Origin: an uncultured Methanosarcinales archaeon
Lineage (GTDB): Archaea > Nanobdellota > Nanobdellia > Woesearchaeales > CAYVYK01
Length of the DNA: 20,000 nucleotides
Assembly (NCBI GenBank): GCA_964455675.1
Contig: CAYVYK010000010.1
Span: 50,523 to 70,522 of the forward strand
Direction: 5' to 3'
The position numbers were made by a program, and so were the translations under genes. Positions 9,214 to 17,900 of this stretch are shown in pieces; the first letter of the stretch is position 1; every line of letters starts with the position of its first letter. The notes under the pieces were generated by a model, which made no database searches, was not told the origin of the DNA, and saw only the letters and a program-made list of their open reading frames with translations.

Positions 9214-10122
9214 TTATGCGTGCATGATCGTAAAGTATGGTCCGTAGAGTTCACCGACGTGCGTAATAACGCTTCCAAGCTGGCTCACGATATACACATC
9301 AAGCTTGGATGATTTCTGTAGTGTGACGGGGTAGAGTTCAGACAGTTTCTGCCGTAGTTCCAGGAATTCTCGCGCCTTGTCCTTATCAAATTTATAGTAG
9401 AGTTCGTACATGATCTTGATGAATCGTGCTGTTTCGGTATAGAGTTTTTCAGTCGATGGATTGATTTTTACCTTCTTGGAAAGCGCGTGTTTGGCAATGT
9501 CTCGGTAGCAGTCTGCGATCTTTTCGAAGTCCCTGCACATGCTGTAGTACAGCGTTGCTTTCGAGCTTTCGAAATACGCGTGCTTGTTGATGACTCGTTT
9601 TAGGAAGTCGGTGAGCTTGTTGTTCGTTCGTTCGCCGTCAAGCGCCGCTCGCAATTTGTGTTCATCAGAAGTCTTGAGTGCGATCAAGAGCTCCTCGGTC
9701 ATTTCGATGAGCAGCCGAAACATCCGCCGGAACACGGCGTGGAATTCCTCGGGGGATACGCTTGACACGCTTCGTATCACACATGATCCTTTGCGTTTTT
9801 CGACGATCTCAAAGCCCATGAGGTCGCTCACTTTGTTCTTGAGCTCATCATACATCCTCTCATCGTCGAAGAAAACAGTCACCTCGTCATACCCTTTTTG
9901 GTAGAAATATGAGATATAGTTCTTGTCGAACTTTCCAAGGCTCTGTACAACAAGCTCTGACTTTTTCATGTCTGGTTGGTGCGAGAATGATATGAGGATT
10001 CCCCCCTCATGTTCGCTCACATGCACGTCCTGTCCTTTCTTCACTGCGTATTTCTTCACAAACGGCGTAGGGAGGCTGACAACAAGCGTCCTTCCTGCAA
10101 TCTGGATGACCTTCCGCTCCAT
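9214..10122 (-). CDS. Archaeal phosphate uptake regulator-like protein (N-terminal AbrB/SpoVT DNA-binding domain plus PhoU-type helical domains)
   Basis: MERKVIQIAGRTLVVSLP...KKYAVKKGQDV (AbrB); YFYQKGYDEV, LMGFEIVE, RDFEKIAD (PhoU LERIAD-like). Confidence 0.88.
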   Translation of the reverse strand: MERKVIQIAGRTLVVSLPTPFVKKYAVKKGQDVHVSEHEGGILISFSHQPDMKKSELVVQSLGKFDKNYISYFYQKGYDEVTVFFDDERMYDELKNKVSDLMGFEIVEKRKGSCVIRSVSSVSPEEFHAVFRRMFRLLIEMTEELLIALKTSDEHKLRAALDGERTNNKLTDFLKRVINKHAYFESSKATLYYSMCRDFEKIADCYRDIAKHALSKKVKINPSTEKLYTETARFIKIMYELYYKFDKDKAREFLELRQKLSELYPVTLQKSSKLDVYIVSQLGSVITHVGELYGPYFTIMHA

Positions 10123-10140
10123 ATCCGTCGAGAATGCAAT

Positions 10141-10157
10141 ATATCTTATAAGGATTT
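10141..10157. promoter_or_regulatory. Palindromic TATA (CTTATAAG): leaderless promoter of the AbrB/PhoU gene, possibly also firing on +
   Basis: CTTATAAG at 10145-10152 lies about 23 bp from ATG 10122 on - and about 22 bp from the start of the structured region on +. Confidence 0.55.
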
Positions 10158-10169
10158 CTCAATCAGCAG

Positions 10170-10583
10170 AGGAATGAACTCAAAAGCATTGGACTATGAG
10201 CACAGTTCCAGTCCACAGCAGCCCTGTTCGAAGAATGTGGTGTGCGGCGAACAGGACGTGCCGTCAGGCTGCAATAATGTGGTTTGGGCGTCATTGAAGT
10301 GAACCACTCACCCAAGGTTTGCATTCATCCATCATTTTGCCCACTTTAATCATAGGGGGGAATAATGGAATTCGCCCTGCACGTACTTCCGATGGTTCCC
10401 CACCCCCTTGTGGAAATGTGTGCGTGACGGCTAGCGCGCGGTTGTGCGTGGTGCATCAGTTATCGCCCTGTCCATCGATCGTTGAGTGGCAAGGGCAGGG
10501 CTCGCCGAAGGCCCGTACTAATTTTTTACATATGATTTTCAAAACGAACAGGTCGTGCCGTCAGGCCGCAGTAATTATTTTTT
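10170..10583 (+). ncRNA. Candidate unidentified structured RNA
   Basis: 525-bp gap without a convincing ORF. Several stems; G-U pairs favour the + strand. TATA upstream and T6 tracts at 10522 and 10578. Confidence 0.4.
10248..10575 (+). repeat. 31-bp imperfect direct repeat, two copies (10248-10278 and 10545-10575)
   Basis: CGAACAGGaCGTGCCGTCAGGCtGCAaTAAT vs CGAACAGGtCGTGCCGTCAGGCcGCAgTAAT: 28/31 identical, 297 bp apart. Confidence 0.92.
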
Positions 10584-10647
10584 AGCGTTATGCAGTGTAC
10601 CGCTCGTCGAGAATTAAAAAATCATGGAAAAGTAGAATGAATCGAGT

Positions 10648-11271
10648 TTATACCCACTGGCCAAGCCCCTGTTTTTTTCCTGGCGGCAGGATGTCTTTCA
10701 TTTTTTGAAAGTCAGCAGCGAGTACTGCGCGGAGTGGTGGGTTGTACAGCATTGCCGCAGGATGATAAAGTGGAACGACCTTAAAGCTCATTCCATCGAC
10801 GGTAATATCGACCGCAATGCCGTGCAGATGGCTGATCCCGCCGATGCGTTTCATGCCGGCAACGTCAAATTTCGCAAGGACGAATTTGGTTGAGAAATTG
10901 CCAAGGGTTGCGATGATTGTTGGCTTGATCGTTTTGATTTGCTCGATGAGGTAGGGTGTGTGCCGCGCGATCTCGTCGGGCTGTGGATCGCGGTTGTTTG
11001 GTGGTCGGTACTTGAGGATGTTTGCGATGTACACGTCTTCGATCGATAGTCCGATCGAGTGCAGAAGTTTGTCAAGTTCTTTTCCTGCTGATCCGACGAA
11101 GGGAATGCCTTGGAGGTCTTCCTGCTCGCCTGGTGCTTCCCCGATGAACATGATTGCGGCGTTCGGGTTGCCTTTTCCAAAAACGAGGTGTGTTGCCCGA
11201 TCCTTAAGTGGGCACACAAGTTCGTTGAGAATCCGCTGTCGTATGGTGTCGAGTTCTTCAATGCGTCCCAT
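10648..11271 (-). CDS. udg: Uracil-DNA glycosylase family 4, 207 aa
   Basis: MFIGEAPGEQED..G.PFVGSAG, YIANILKYRPPNNRDP, LYHPAA. Start reassigned to ATG 11271 because a TATAAATA box lies about 22 bp upstream and this removes the overlap with the upstream gene. Confidence 0.95.
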   Translation of the reverse strand: MGRIEELDTIRQRILNELVCPLKDRATHLVFGKGNPNAAIMFIGEAPGEQEDLQGIPFVGSAGKELDKLLHSIGLSIEDVYIANILKYRPPNNRDPQPDEIARHTPYLIEQIKTIKPTIIATLGNFSTKFVLAKFDVAGMKRIGGISHLHGIAVDITVDGMSFKVVPLYHPAAMLYNPPLRAVLAADFQKMKDILPPGKKQGLGQWV

Positions 11272-11303
11272 AAGAAAAGGTTGTGTGGCATTATTTATAT
11301 GTG

Positions 11304-12506
11304 TTATTCTGTTTTTTTCCACGGCCGCCATCCGCCATGCGTTCTTTTTTTCGGTTCGTCTCCTGGCTTGATCCCATACGTGGCGAGTGCTTCTTCGAGA
11401 GTATCGGCATACCGGATCTCGCGTACTTCTGGGACTTTCTGCAGACGGTCGAGCTGTTCATGGGCTTCCTGGTAGCAGGCCGCGGATGGTGGCAGAATGT
11501 ATGTTACTTTTGCGTTTTTGACGCCAAAATCTAGCGTTGAGAGGAGGAGTGAATTCCCGACGTATGTTGCGTGTGAGAGGTCCACAACGAGCGTTTGTGG
11601 GGAAAGGTGCATGAGGTATCCCATGATTCGGTCCCGCACTTCATAGTCTCCCACGTTGCCGTGGAGTTCCATGATGAGAATGCTGCTCTGAAAGACTTTT
11701 TGAACCATCGCGACAAGTTCGCTACTTGCTTTGTTCGTCCCGAGCGCAAGGAATGGGAGAATATCGAGGGTAAACCCTTGGGGATTCAATGGATCCATGC
11801 GCCAGTCGCTAATCTCGACGATGTCCTGTTTTTGTTGGTGTACTGCTCTTACTCGGATTGCCGCTGGAACGATGAACGCGTACCCATGCTCTCCAATGCT
11901 TCGAACGCTAAAATCTAGTGGCCGATAGCTAACATCACCCTTTGACTCAAGATATGCTTCAAGCGGTGGATCGCGCTCTTTCGTTCTGATGGTTTTGACA
12001 TAATACGGGACGAGGTTTTCTGTCCCGATGAGTGGGAGCGTGACCCCCTTTTCCCCGTTCTCGTGGAATAGGACTTCATAAAGGTACAGCTGGTCAAACG
12101 ATTCCTCTGTCAGTCCAATCATTCTGCGTGCTTCTGCCGTCGTCCCGATGATTGCTCCATCCGCGAGCGTGACAAGCCCAAAGTAGTGCGCATGCAGTTC
12201 TGATGAGAGTAGGGGAAGCGCGTGCCTGAGCACGCGGTATTCTTGGACTGCTTGAGTGTGCTGTTTCGTAAGTTCATGAAGCTGCCGCTGTGTTTCTGTA
12301 AGGTCCTTTTCCTTCTGCTTTGCGGCTTCCTCCGCGCTGGCAAGGCGTTCTTCGAGCCCTGCGATCAATTCGTTCAGTTCTGCAACGCGCCCCTTGCTGC
12401 TCGTTGCCTGGCCTCGCAGCTCCGTCAGAAGGGCTTGGCTGTCAGCAAGCTGTCGTTCAAGCTGTTCAAACGTTGCCTGCGTGGTAGCTTTCTTGCGTCC
12501 GAACAT
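11304..12506 (-). CDS. Coiled-coil + PAS-like + STAS-like domain protein, 400 aa
   Basis: Heptads at aa ~10-95. FGLVTLADGAIIGTTAEARRMIGLT is PAS-like. ILIMELHG...LVVDLSHATYVGNS...IRYADTLEEALA is STAS-like. Confidence 0.7.
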   Translation of the reverse strand: MFGRKKATTQATFEQLERQLADSQALLTELRGQATSSKGRVAELNELIAGLEERLASAEEAAKQKEKDLTETQRQLHELTKQHTQAVQEYRVLRHALPLLSSELHAHYFGLVTLADGAIIGTTAEARRMIGLTEESFDQLYLYEVLFHENGEKGVTLPLIGTENLVPYYVKTIRTKERDPPLEAYLESKGDVSYRPLDFSVRSIGEHGYAFIVPAAIRVRAVHQQKQDIVEISDWRMDPLNPQGFTLDILPFLALGTNKASSELVAMVQKVFQSSILIMELHGNVGDYEVRDRIMGYLMHLSPQTLVVDLSHATYVGNSLLLSTLDFGVKNAKVTYILPPSAACYQEAHEQLDRLQKVPEVREIRYADTLEEALATYGIKPGDEPKKRTHGGWRPWKKTE

Positions 12507-12558
12507 CAGTCAGAGTGTTCAATCTGACATTAAAAAGCTTTTCAATAGAAGTGAAAAG

Positions 12559-13278
12559 TTATGGTATCAATGCGTGTCTGCACTGGTGGATGATGGGGTC
12601 GCAGATATCCTGGGTGTTTTCATTCCCATCGTCGCACTCATCTGCTGTGGTGCATGGATAGTACGGTACGAACTCACACCGGCTCATCGCGCACACATCA
12701 AGGGTGTATCTGTCGCTGTCCACGCAGTCTGACGCATGCTGGCAGGGTATGCACCCGCTGATGATTATGGCCTCGCAGACGACATCTCCTTGGTAGTTGA
12801 CGACTCCAACCATGCGATGGCAGCTTGTTGGGGGCTCGAGGGCCTCGCAGTCACACTTCTCGAGGCATTGCAAAAGGGCTTCACCACTAAGCATCTCACA
12901 TGCTGCTCGGCAAGTGTCAAGGATACAGTCATTATTCCAGTCAAGATCATCATCGTCATCATCATCGTCATCATCAGGAACCTCTGTCTGGGTCTGAGTC
13001 TGGGTCTGAGTCTGGGTCATAGTCGCAATTCTGTCCGAGTCATGCGATCTCGCTGCCTGCTGGTTGAGATCACTAAGCGCGATCGTGCGCAAATCCGCAT
13101 ATGATGATCTGATCATCGGATTTACGCCCGCTGCTTCGAGGGAGAATCGCTCGCTCACAACATTTCCTGTGTAACTTGGCGCAAGGAGTACAAGGTTAAT
13201 GAGCGCAAACGCCCCGATCATTACTGCAATGACGATAGGCATGATGTGCGATTGTGGAGGTGGTGGTGCTTTATTCAT
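12559..13278 (-). CDS. Membrane-anchored Cys-rich protein with (TQ)n and poly-Asp tracts and CDDGN-x-x-T-x-D-x-C repeats
   Basis: N-terminal TM helix; CVDSDRYTLDVC and CDDGNENTQDIC. ATG 13278 follows the SD GTGATC (alternative start GTG 13287). Confidence 0.85.
   Translation of the reverse strand: MNKAPPPPQSHIMPIVIAVMIGAFALINLVLLAPSYTGNVVSERFSLEAAGVNPMIRSSYADLRTIALSDLNQQAARSHDSDRIATMTQTQTQTQTQTEVPDDDDDDDDDDLDWNNDCILDTCRAACEMLSGEALLQCLEKCDCEALEPPTSCHRMVGVVNYQGDVVCEAIIISGCIPCQHASDCVDSDRYTLDVCAMSRCEFVPYYPCTTADECDDGNENTQDICDPIIHQCRHALIP
12946..13018. repeat. In-frame microsatellites: (RTC)n encoding poly-Asp and (GTCTGR)n encoding TQ repeats
   Basis: atcatcatcgtcatcatcatcgtcatcatc and gtctgggtctgagtctgggtctgagtctgggtc are directly visible. 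Confidence 0.9.
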
Positions 13279-13283
13279 GGTGA

Positions 13284-14966
13284 TCACGTGATTCCGTTCC
13301 AGTCAAATCCGATATCCATAGAGACATCAGATAATGTGGCTGTCTGGGTCGCAGTGGTTGTTGGAATTTTTGTTGAGATAACTCCTTTCTTGACAACAGC
13401 GTTATGTACCACTACTCCGTCATCCACGAGGTAATTATGGTACTTTGCGATTTCAAGGTTGTACACTCGTACTGGTGCCTCAATCGTTTGTACACGGGTT
13501 ACTTTCGTGAAAGATCCATCGGACATTTCGACCATGTCTCCTGCTTCGATCCATGCTGCGGTTACCCATTCCCCGTCAACGAGGAACTGGTGCTCCGATG
13601 TTGTCTTTATGTTGTTAATCTGGATGTACTCATCGGTGTCGTGCATGAATGTTTTGATGACTTTTCCGCTGACGGCCTTCTTGTTATTCAGATTGTAGGA
13701 TTGGACATAGTCTCCGACCTTCACGGACTCGATTGGTTTTGTTGTTCCATCAGCCATGAGGACCCTTGTTCCCTCGACAAAGCATGTCGGTGTTGGTGTT
13801 GATGTTGGTGTTGGCGTCGGTGTTGTTGTTGGAGTAGGATCAGGTGGTGGAGGTGGCGGTGGAGGTGGCGGCATTCCAATAATGCGATCCAGCTGGTTGC
13901 AGCACACGGCACCGTTCTCATCAGTTGGTACACCTTGTGAGTATGTTACGCTCTTATGGATAAGGGCATTGCCGCATGGGCATTCGAAATAGAACTGCCC
14001 GCTTTCTTCTTTTGGATTGATTCCAGTTCCATAATAATTGTAATTGGTTTCCGCATTGACCTTGACAACGTCTCCATGCGTGCACTGTGTTCGTATTATC
14101 TTTGGATAGATATCACAGACCGCAGGCTCTTTTTCCATGTCGACGCATGCGGCGGGTCCTGGGCACATTTCAACTGCTTTGATTTTCACGGGGCCTGGTA
14201 CTCCTCCGATGAGATCCTGCTCGCAGACATAGAGATAACTGTATGCTCCTGGTGATACTCCTGCTGGAACTGGTGGGACAGCGCATTGCACCCGATCATC
14301 CTGATTTTCAGGGTTCGGGCATCGTGTTCGGCTGATTTCTGCAGGTACGCAGTCTTCATCAACTTCAAGGATGTTCATGTCTTGGAAGATTCCTTTGATC
14401 GTGACGCAGTCCCTGTCACAGATGCTGTCCGCATCTCCGACGCTTCCTTCGCAGAGCAAGTCAAGCCCGAACTGAGGGCAGTCTTGTGGGCATGTGGCAT
14501 GGTTTTCTCCAGCGCACACGCCATCGCCGCACTGTCCTCGCGTTCCAAGGAATGGTGCAAGTGAAAATGTTCCAACGAGCAAGTCATCTGCTGGTGCGTT
14601 ATTCTCCCAGATCTCTATCTTATCCATTCGTGGATCGTATGAAACAAGCTCGATCACGTGTGATCGTCCCATGGGATCACTGAGTTGGTAGAGATAGAAC
14701 CGTCCCTGTGCATCCTGCCCAGGGAATCCGGTGAATCTTCCATCATCTCGTGATTTGATCGTGAGATAATATGCTGGCATGTTCGATGGATTTGGAGTGG
14801 AAAGTCCCACTGATCTGGCAATGATCGCGCCATCCAGCTGGAAATTACTCTGGGGATAATCAATGATTCCAATGTCAAGCAGCAGTCCTTTTCCAGCAAG
14901 TGCTGGCATAACGGCTAGGAGGAATACTGCCACCATCAATCCGCAGAGGATAACTTGTTTTTTCAT
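13284..14966 (-). CDS. Secreted Cys-rich protein with a Pro/Thr stalk and a C-terminal Hint (intein-like) domain
   Basis: Signal peptide MKKQVILCGLMVAVFLLAVMPALA (ATG 14966 after GTGAT); CGDGVC..EN..TCPQDC repeat; poly-P/PT linker; Hint domain CFVEGT...VVHN. Confidence 0.9.
   Translation of the reverse strand: MKKQVILCGLMVAVFLLAVMPALAGKGLLLDIGIIDYPQSNFQLDGAIIARSVGLSTPNPSNMPAYYLTIKSRDDGRFTGFPGQDAQGRFYLYQLSDPMGRSHVIELVSYDPRMDKIEIWENNAPADDLLVGTFSLAPFLGTRGQCGDGVCAGENHATCPQDCPQFGLDLLCEGSVGDADSICDRDCVTIKGIFQDMNILEVDEDCVPAEISRTRCPNPENQDDRVQCAVPPVPAGVSPGAYSYLYVCEQDLIGGVPGPVKIKAVEMCPGPAACVDMEKEPAVCDIYPKIIRTQCTHGDVVKVNAETNYNYYGTGINPKEESGQFYFECPCGNALIHKSVTYSQGVPTDENGAVCCNQLDRIIGMPPPPPPPPPPDPTPTTTPTPTPTSTPTPTCFVEGTRVLMADGTTKPIESVKVGDYVQSYNLNNKKAVSGKVIKTFMHDTDEYIQINNIKTTSEHQFLVDGEWVTAAWIEAGDMVEMSDGSFTKVTRVQTIEAPVRVYNLEIAKYHNYLVDDGVVVHNAVVKKGVISTKIPTTTATQTATLSDVSMDIGFDWNGIT
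13401..13784 (-). other. Hint / BIL-type autoprocessing domain (128 aa, no homing endonuclease)
   Basis: Block A CFVEGTRVLMADG, block B TTSEHQF, block F VYNLEI, block G VVHN followed by Ala. Confidence 0.93.
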
Positions 14967-14978
14967 GAGTATCACATT

Positions 14979-17900
14979 TTATTGTTTCGTGCTGAATTCA
15001 TACTGCATGTATGGATAATCGAGGACATTGTAGTCGCCTGTGCAAGTCCATTTATCGAGGGGGCTTGGCACGTCGTTTCTCCGCACGCAGTTCCAGTGGT
15101 TCTTGAGTTCGCATCCCGCAAACGTGTTCTCGCTCGGATCACATGCCATGCACGGATCTCTGCTTTCCGGATGCGTATCGCACGTCTGTCCAACATCACT
15201 TAGTGTATTGACAAGTCCTGGAGGCTCGGGTGCTGTGGTATAATAACTGTACGGCAAGAGTCCCATTGTGGTTCCAAGGTATTTCTTGAATTCAGTGACA
15301 GCCTGCGTTGTTGTCATCGACGAAGGGAATGCAAGATCCATATAGTTTGCCCATCCGCTCGTTGCATACGCTGCATCTGAGTTCCAAACTGCTATGATCT
15401 TGTCAGCATATCGTGAGTCACTGTTCTCGATGTTCCTGCAATAGTTTGGCTTTGGATCAGGGTACGTTGAGCAATCCTGTGGTGGAGCCGTCTGGGCCAA
15501 GCATGATAAGAGTAATGCTGTTGTCTGGCCTGACATCTCGCAGTATGCTGCAGGATAGTATGAAGTGGGTAGCTTATATCGATTTTGAGCTTTGATGTAA
15601 CTACCTACTCCGTCAACAGAATAGCAGGTTAGCTCAGACCCTCCCTCTCCTTGGCTTGGGATATTGAGCCGCCATACATTGACTTTATTCTGGTATGTGT
15701 CAAATGGCGGTGCCGCCATCATTTGGGTGTTGGCCTGCGTCGTGAAGTCCACGAACTTGTTCCAGTCCGCTGATGGATTCGCGAAGTCTGATGATAATAT
15801 CCAGTAATCATACACTGCTTGGCTGCTTTCAAGGCTCGCGGTGTGGAGTCTTGTGCACACGCTTCCGCCAAGGACAACTTGTACAAACTGTGTGGACGGT
15901 TCGTCATCAATAATGACTCCGGCACTTTCTCCTTCAAGCCAGTTGTCTGCATAATCTTGCGCGGTGACTTTGAACACGTACCATCCGGCGCTCTGGAATT
16001 CGGTGTATCCTGCCTGATAGTCCCACGTGTTCGTGAATGTATCTCCCATCGCTACTTGCCATGGGCTGCTGTAATGGACTGACCCATCAAATGCTGTTCC
16101 GGGTGGTATTGATCCGGCCGCAGGTTCAGCTGCATAATACTTCCACTGGACTTGGATGGTCGACGGATCTACCCCGCTCGTATCATCAGTCATTCCGATC
16201 GTGAAAAGGATGGAGTCAACATATCCAGACACATCTTTTGTGACAATGGTGGGATTCACGCCAAACGATGTGAGATCTGGTGGCGTCGTATCTCCTTGCG
16301 TTTCATCGCATGCTCCAGTTCCTGGATTGCATGTGTATCCGCTCTGGCACCCGCACGTGGTACAGTCATTCACGATCACTCCCCTCCAGAAGTCTGGATT
16401 TGGATCATCACGCAGGCAGCGGTATGGTCTGAAGTCCTCAGGATAGCATCCGTTCTCGAGCACTCCTCGCGGATCTGAGCCAGTGACTGGTAGGCAGACG
16501 TCCTTGCACGGGTATCCTTCGTTCACCACACGGTCACAGTCCTCATCCCATTGTGGAATGAGCGGGCTTGGTGATGGCGGGCTGAGATAACTGTAAGCGT
16601 AATAATCTATCACACCTCCTCCGAGATCCTGGTAGGAGCACATTTCGGTTCCCCAGATACCGGTATCCCATGAGGGTTCTTCTTCGAAATTGTCTCCACA
16701 GCAGCGTGATGTGCTGCTGAGGTAATAATTCCCATCTCCTTCGCATGCAACTTGGCAGGCGTCGTAGAAGTCTGCACTGCCATCATTGATTTCTCCGTTG
16801 CAGTCATTATCAAGAGTGTCACAGAGTTCAGATGTTGAGTATCCCGAGCCATATTGTGGCGCGCCGCATCCCGGCCAGAAGCATGAGCCTCCGCCGCACT
16901 GGCATGTTTCCAAATCATTATAGCACGCACAGCTCGCTCCTTCTGCGATGCATTCGGGATTATCTGAGAGATCACACAGTCGTGTTTCTCCCTGATTGCA
17001 CTGGCATGGTGGATTCTCGTTCGATGATCCATCACAGTCCTCATCATTGTATGGAGCAGTATCGCAGGTTTCAGTTCCTGGCGCTGCAGGTGTTGCTGAA
17101 CAGTCGACACCACCGCCACTCGTGCACACAACAGTTCCTGAGCGTGCGCAGTCTCCAACTCCTTCCGTGCATGCGCCTCCCTTAGGTATGCCCTGCCACG
17201 TGTTTCCTTCATCGGTCTGTCCGTTGCAGTTGTTGTCCTTGCCATCGCAATGGCCTACTTCTGTTGATGCAGTAATATAGTCAGCAGGATAGACGCAGGA
17301 TCCCCAACAGTAGTCAGACCGGCATGTCTTGATTGCCTGCTCGCAAACTCCAGGTCGTGAGTCACATCCTTGTGTTGCTCCTGGCGAACAATCACCACAA
17401 CCGCTTGCAATGCAGCCTGATGTGTCCTCCCATGTGATTGGAGCTTCAGTACAGCTTGGAGAATTGCCGCTGCAAGTTTTCTTTCCCTTCTGAGTCTTGG
17501 TTCCTGGCATGCCGCCTCCAGCCGTGCAGGAAACAGTTCGATATTCCCATTGGTCTGGAACGCATACTGCATTGTCTGCTCGATATGATGTCGAGCTTGC
17601 GCAGCACGCCCCACCACTTTGGCATGGATGGGTTGGATCAGGTGGGAAGAAGTCGTTAATTCCTGGATATTGAATCTCCTGAGTGAAGTCCCAGTTCTGG
17701 ACTGTTCCCCAATCACGATTGGAACAGTACCAGACTCCTGCATCATCAACAGGATTTCCTCGGCAGATAAATGTCTTTAAGTGCATCTTAAAATAAAGCT
17801 TGTTTCCTATCCTATAGAAAACCCCATTCTGTCCAGAACCATCAGAGTCATCCACTTCAGGATAGGTATACGGATCACCGCTGCAACTTGCCTTTCCAAC

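Noticed and set aside
9211..9216. Convergent stops abutting with zero gap (ppiC / PhoU-like); also the 28-bp lgt/S74 overlap
   Set aside because: Ordinary compaction in streamlined genomes.
10355..10405. Fluoride riboswitch-like pattern (AATGGAATTCGCC...GATGGTTCC)
   Set aside because: P1 does not pair in register, the CUGAUG and CUAC consensus positions are broken, and no + strand gene lies downstream.
10248..10575. CRISPR mini-array or DGR TR/VR pair from the 31-bp repeat
   Set aside because: Only two copies with a 266-bp gap and no cas genes. Mismatches (A/T, T/C, A/G) are not adenine-only, the repeat is short and non-coding, and there is no reverse transcriptase in the window.
10170..10583. 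RNase P RNA or SRP RNA (the size would fit)
   Set aside because: No GAGGAAAGUCC/ACAGAA..GGCUUA P4 pair and no CAGG-GNRA-AGCAG helix 8 on either strand by eye. A highly divergent version needs cmscan to exclude.
13401..13784. Mobile intein with homing endonuclease
   Set aside because: Only 128 aa, no LAGLIDADG/HNH motif, +1 residue is Ala, and the host is a secreted protein.
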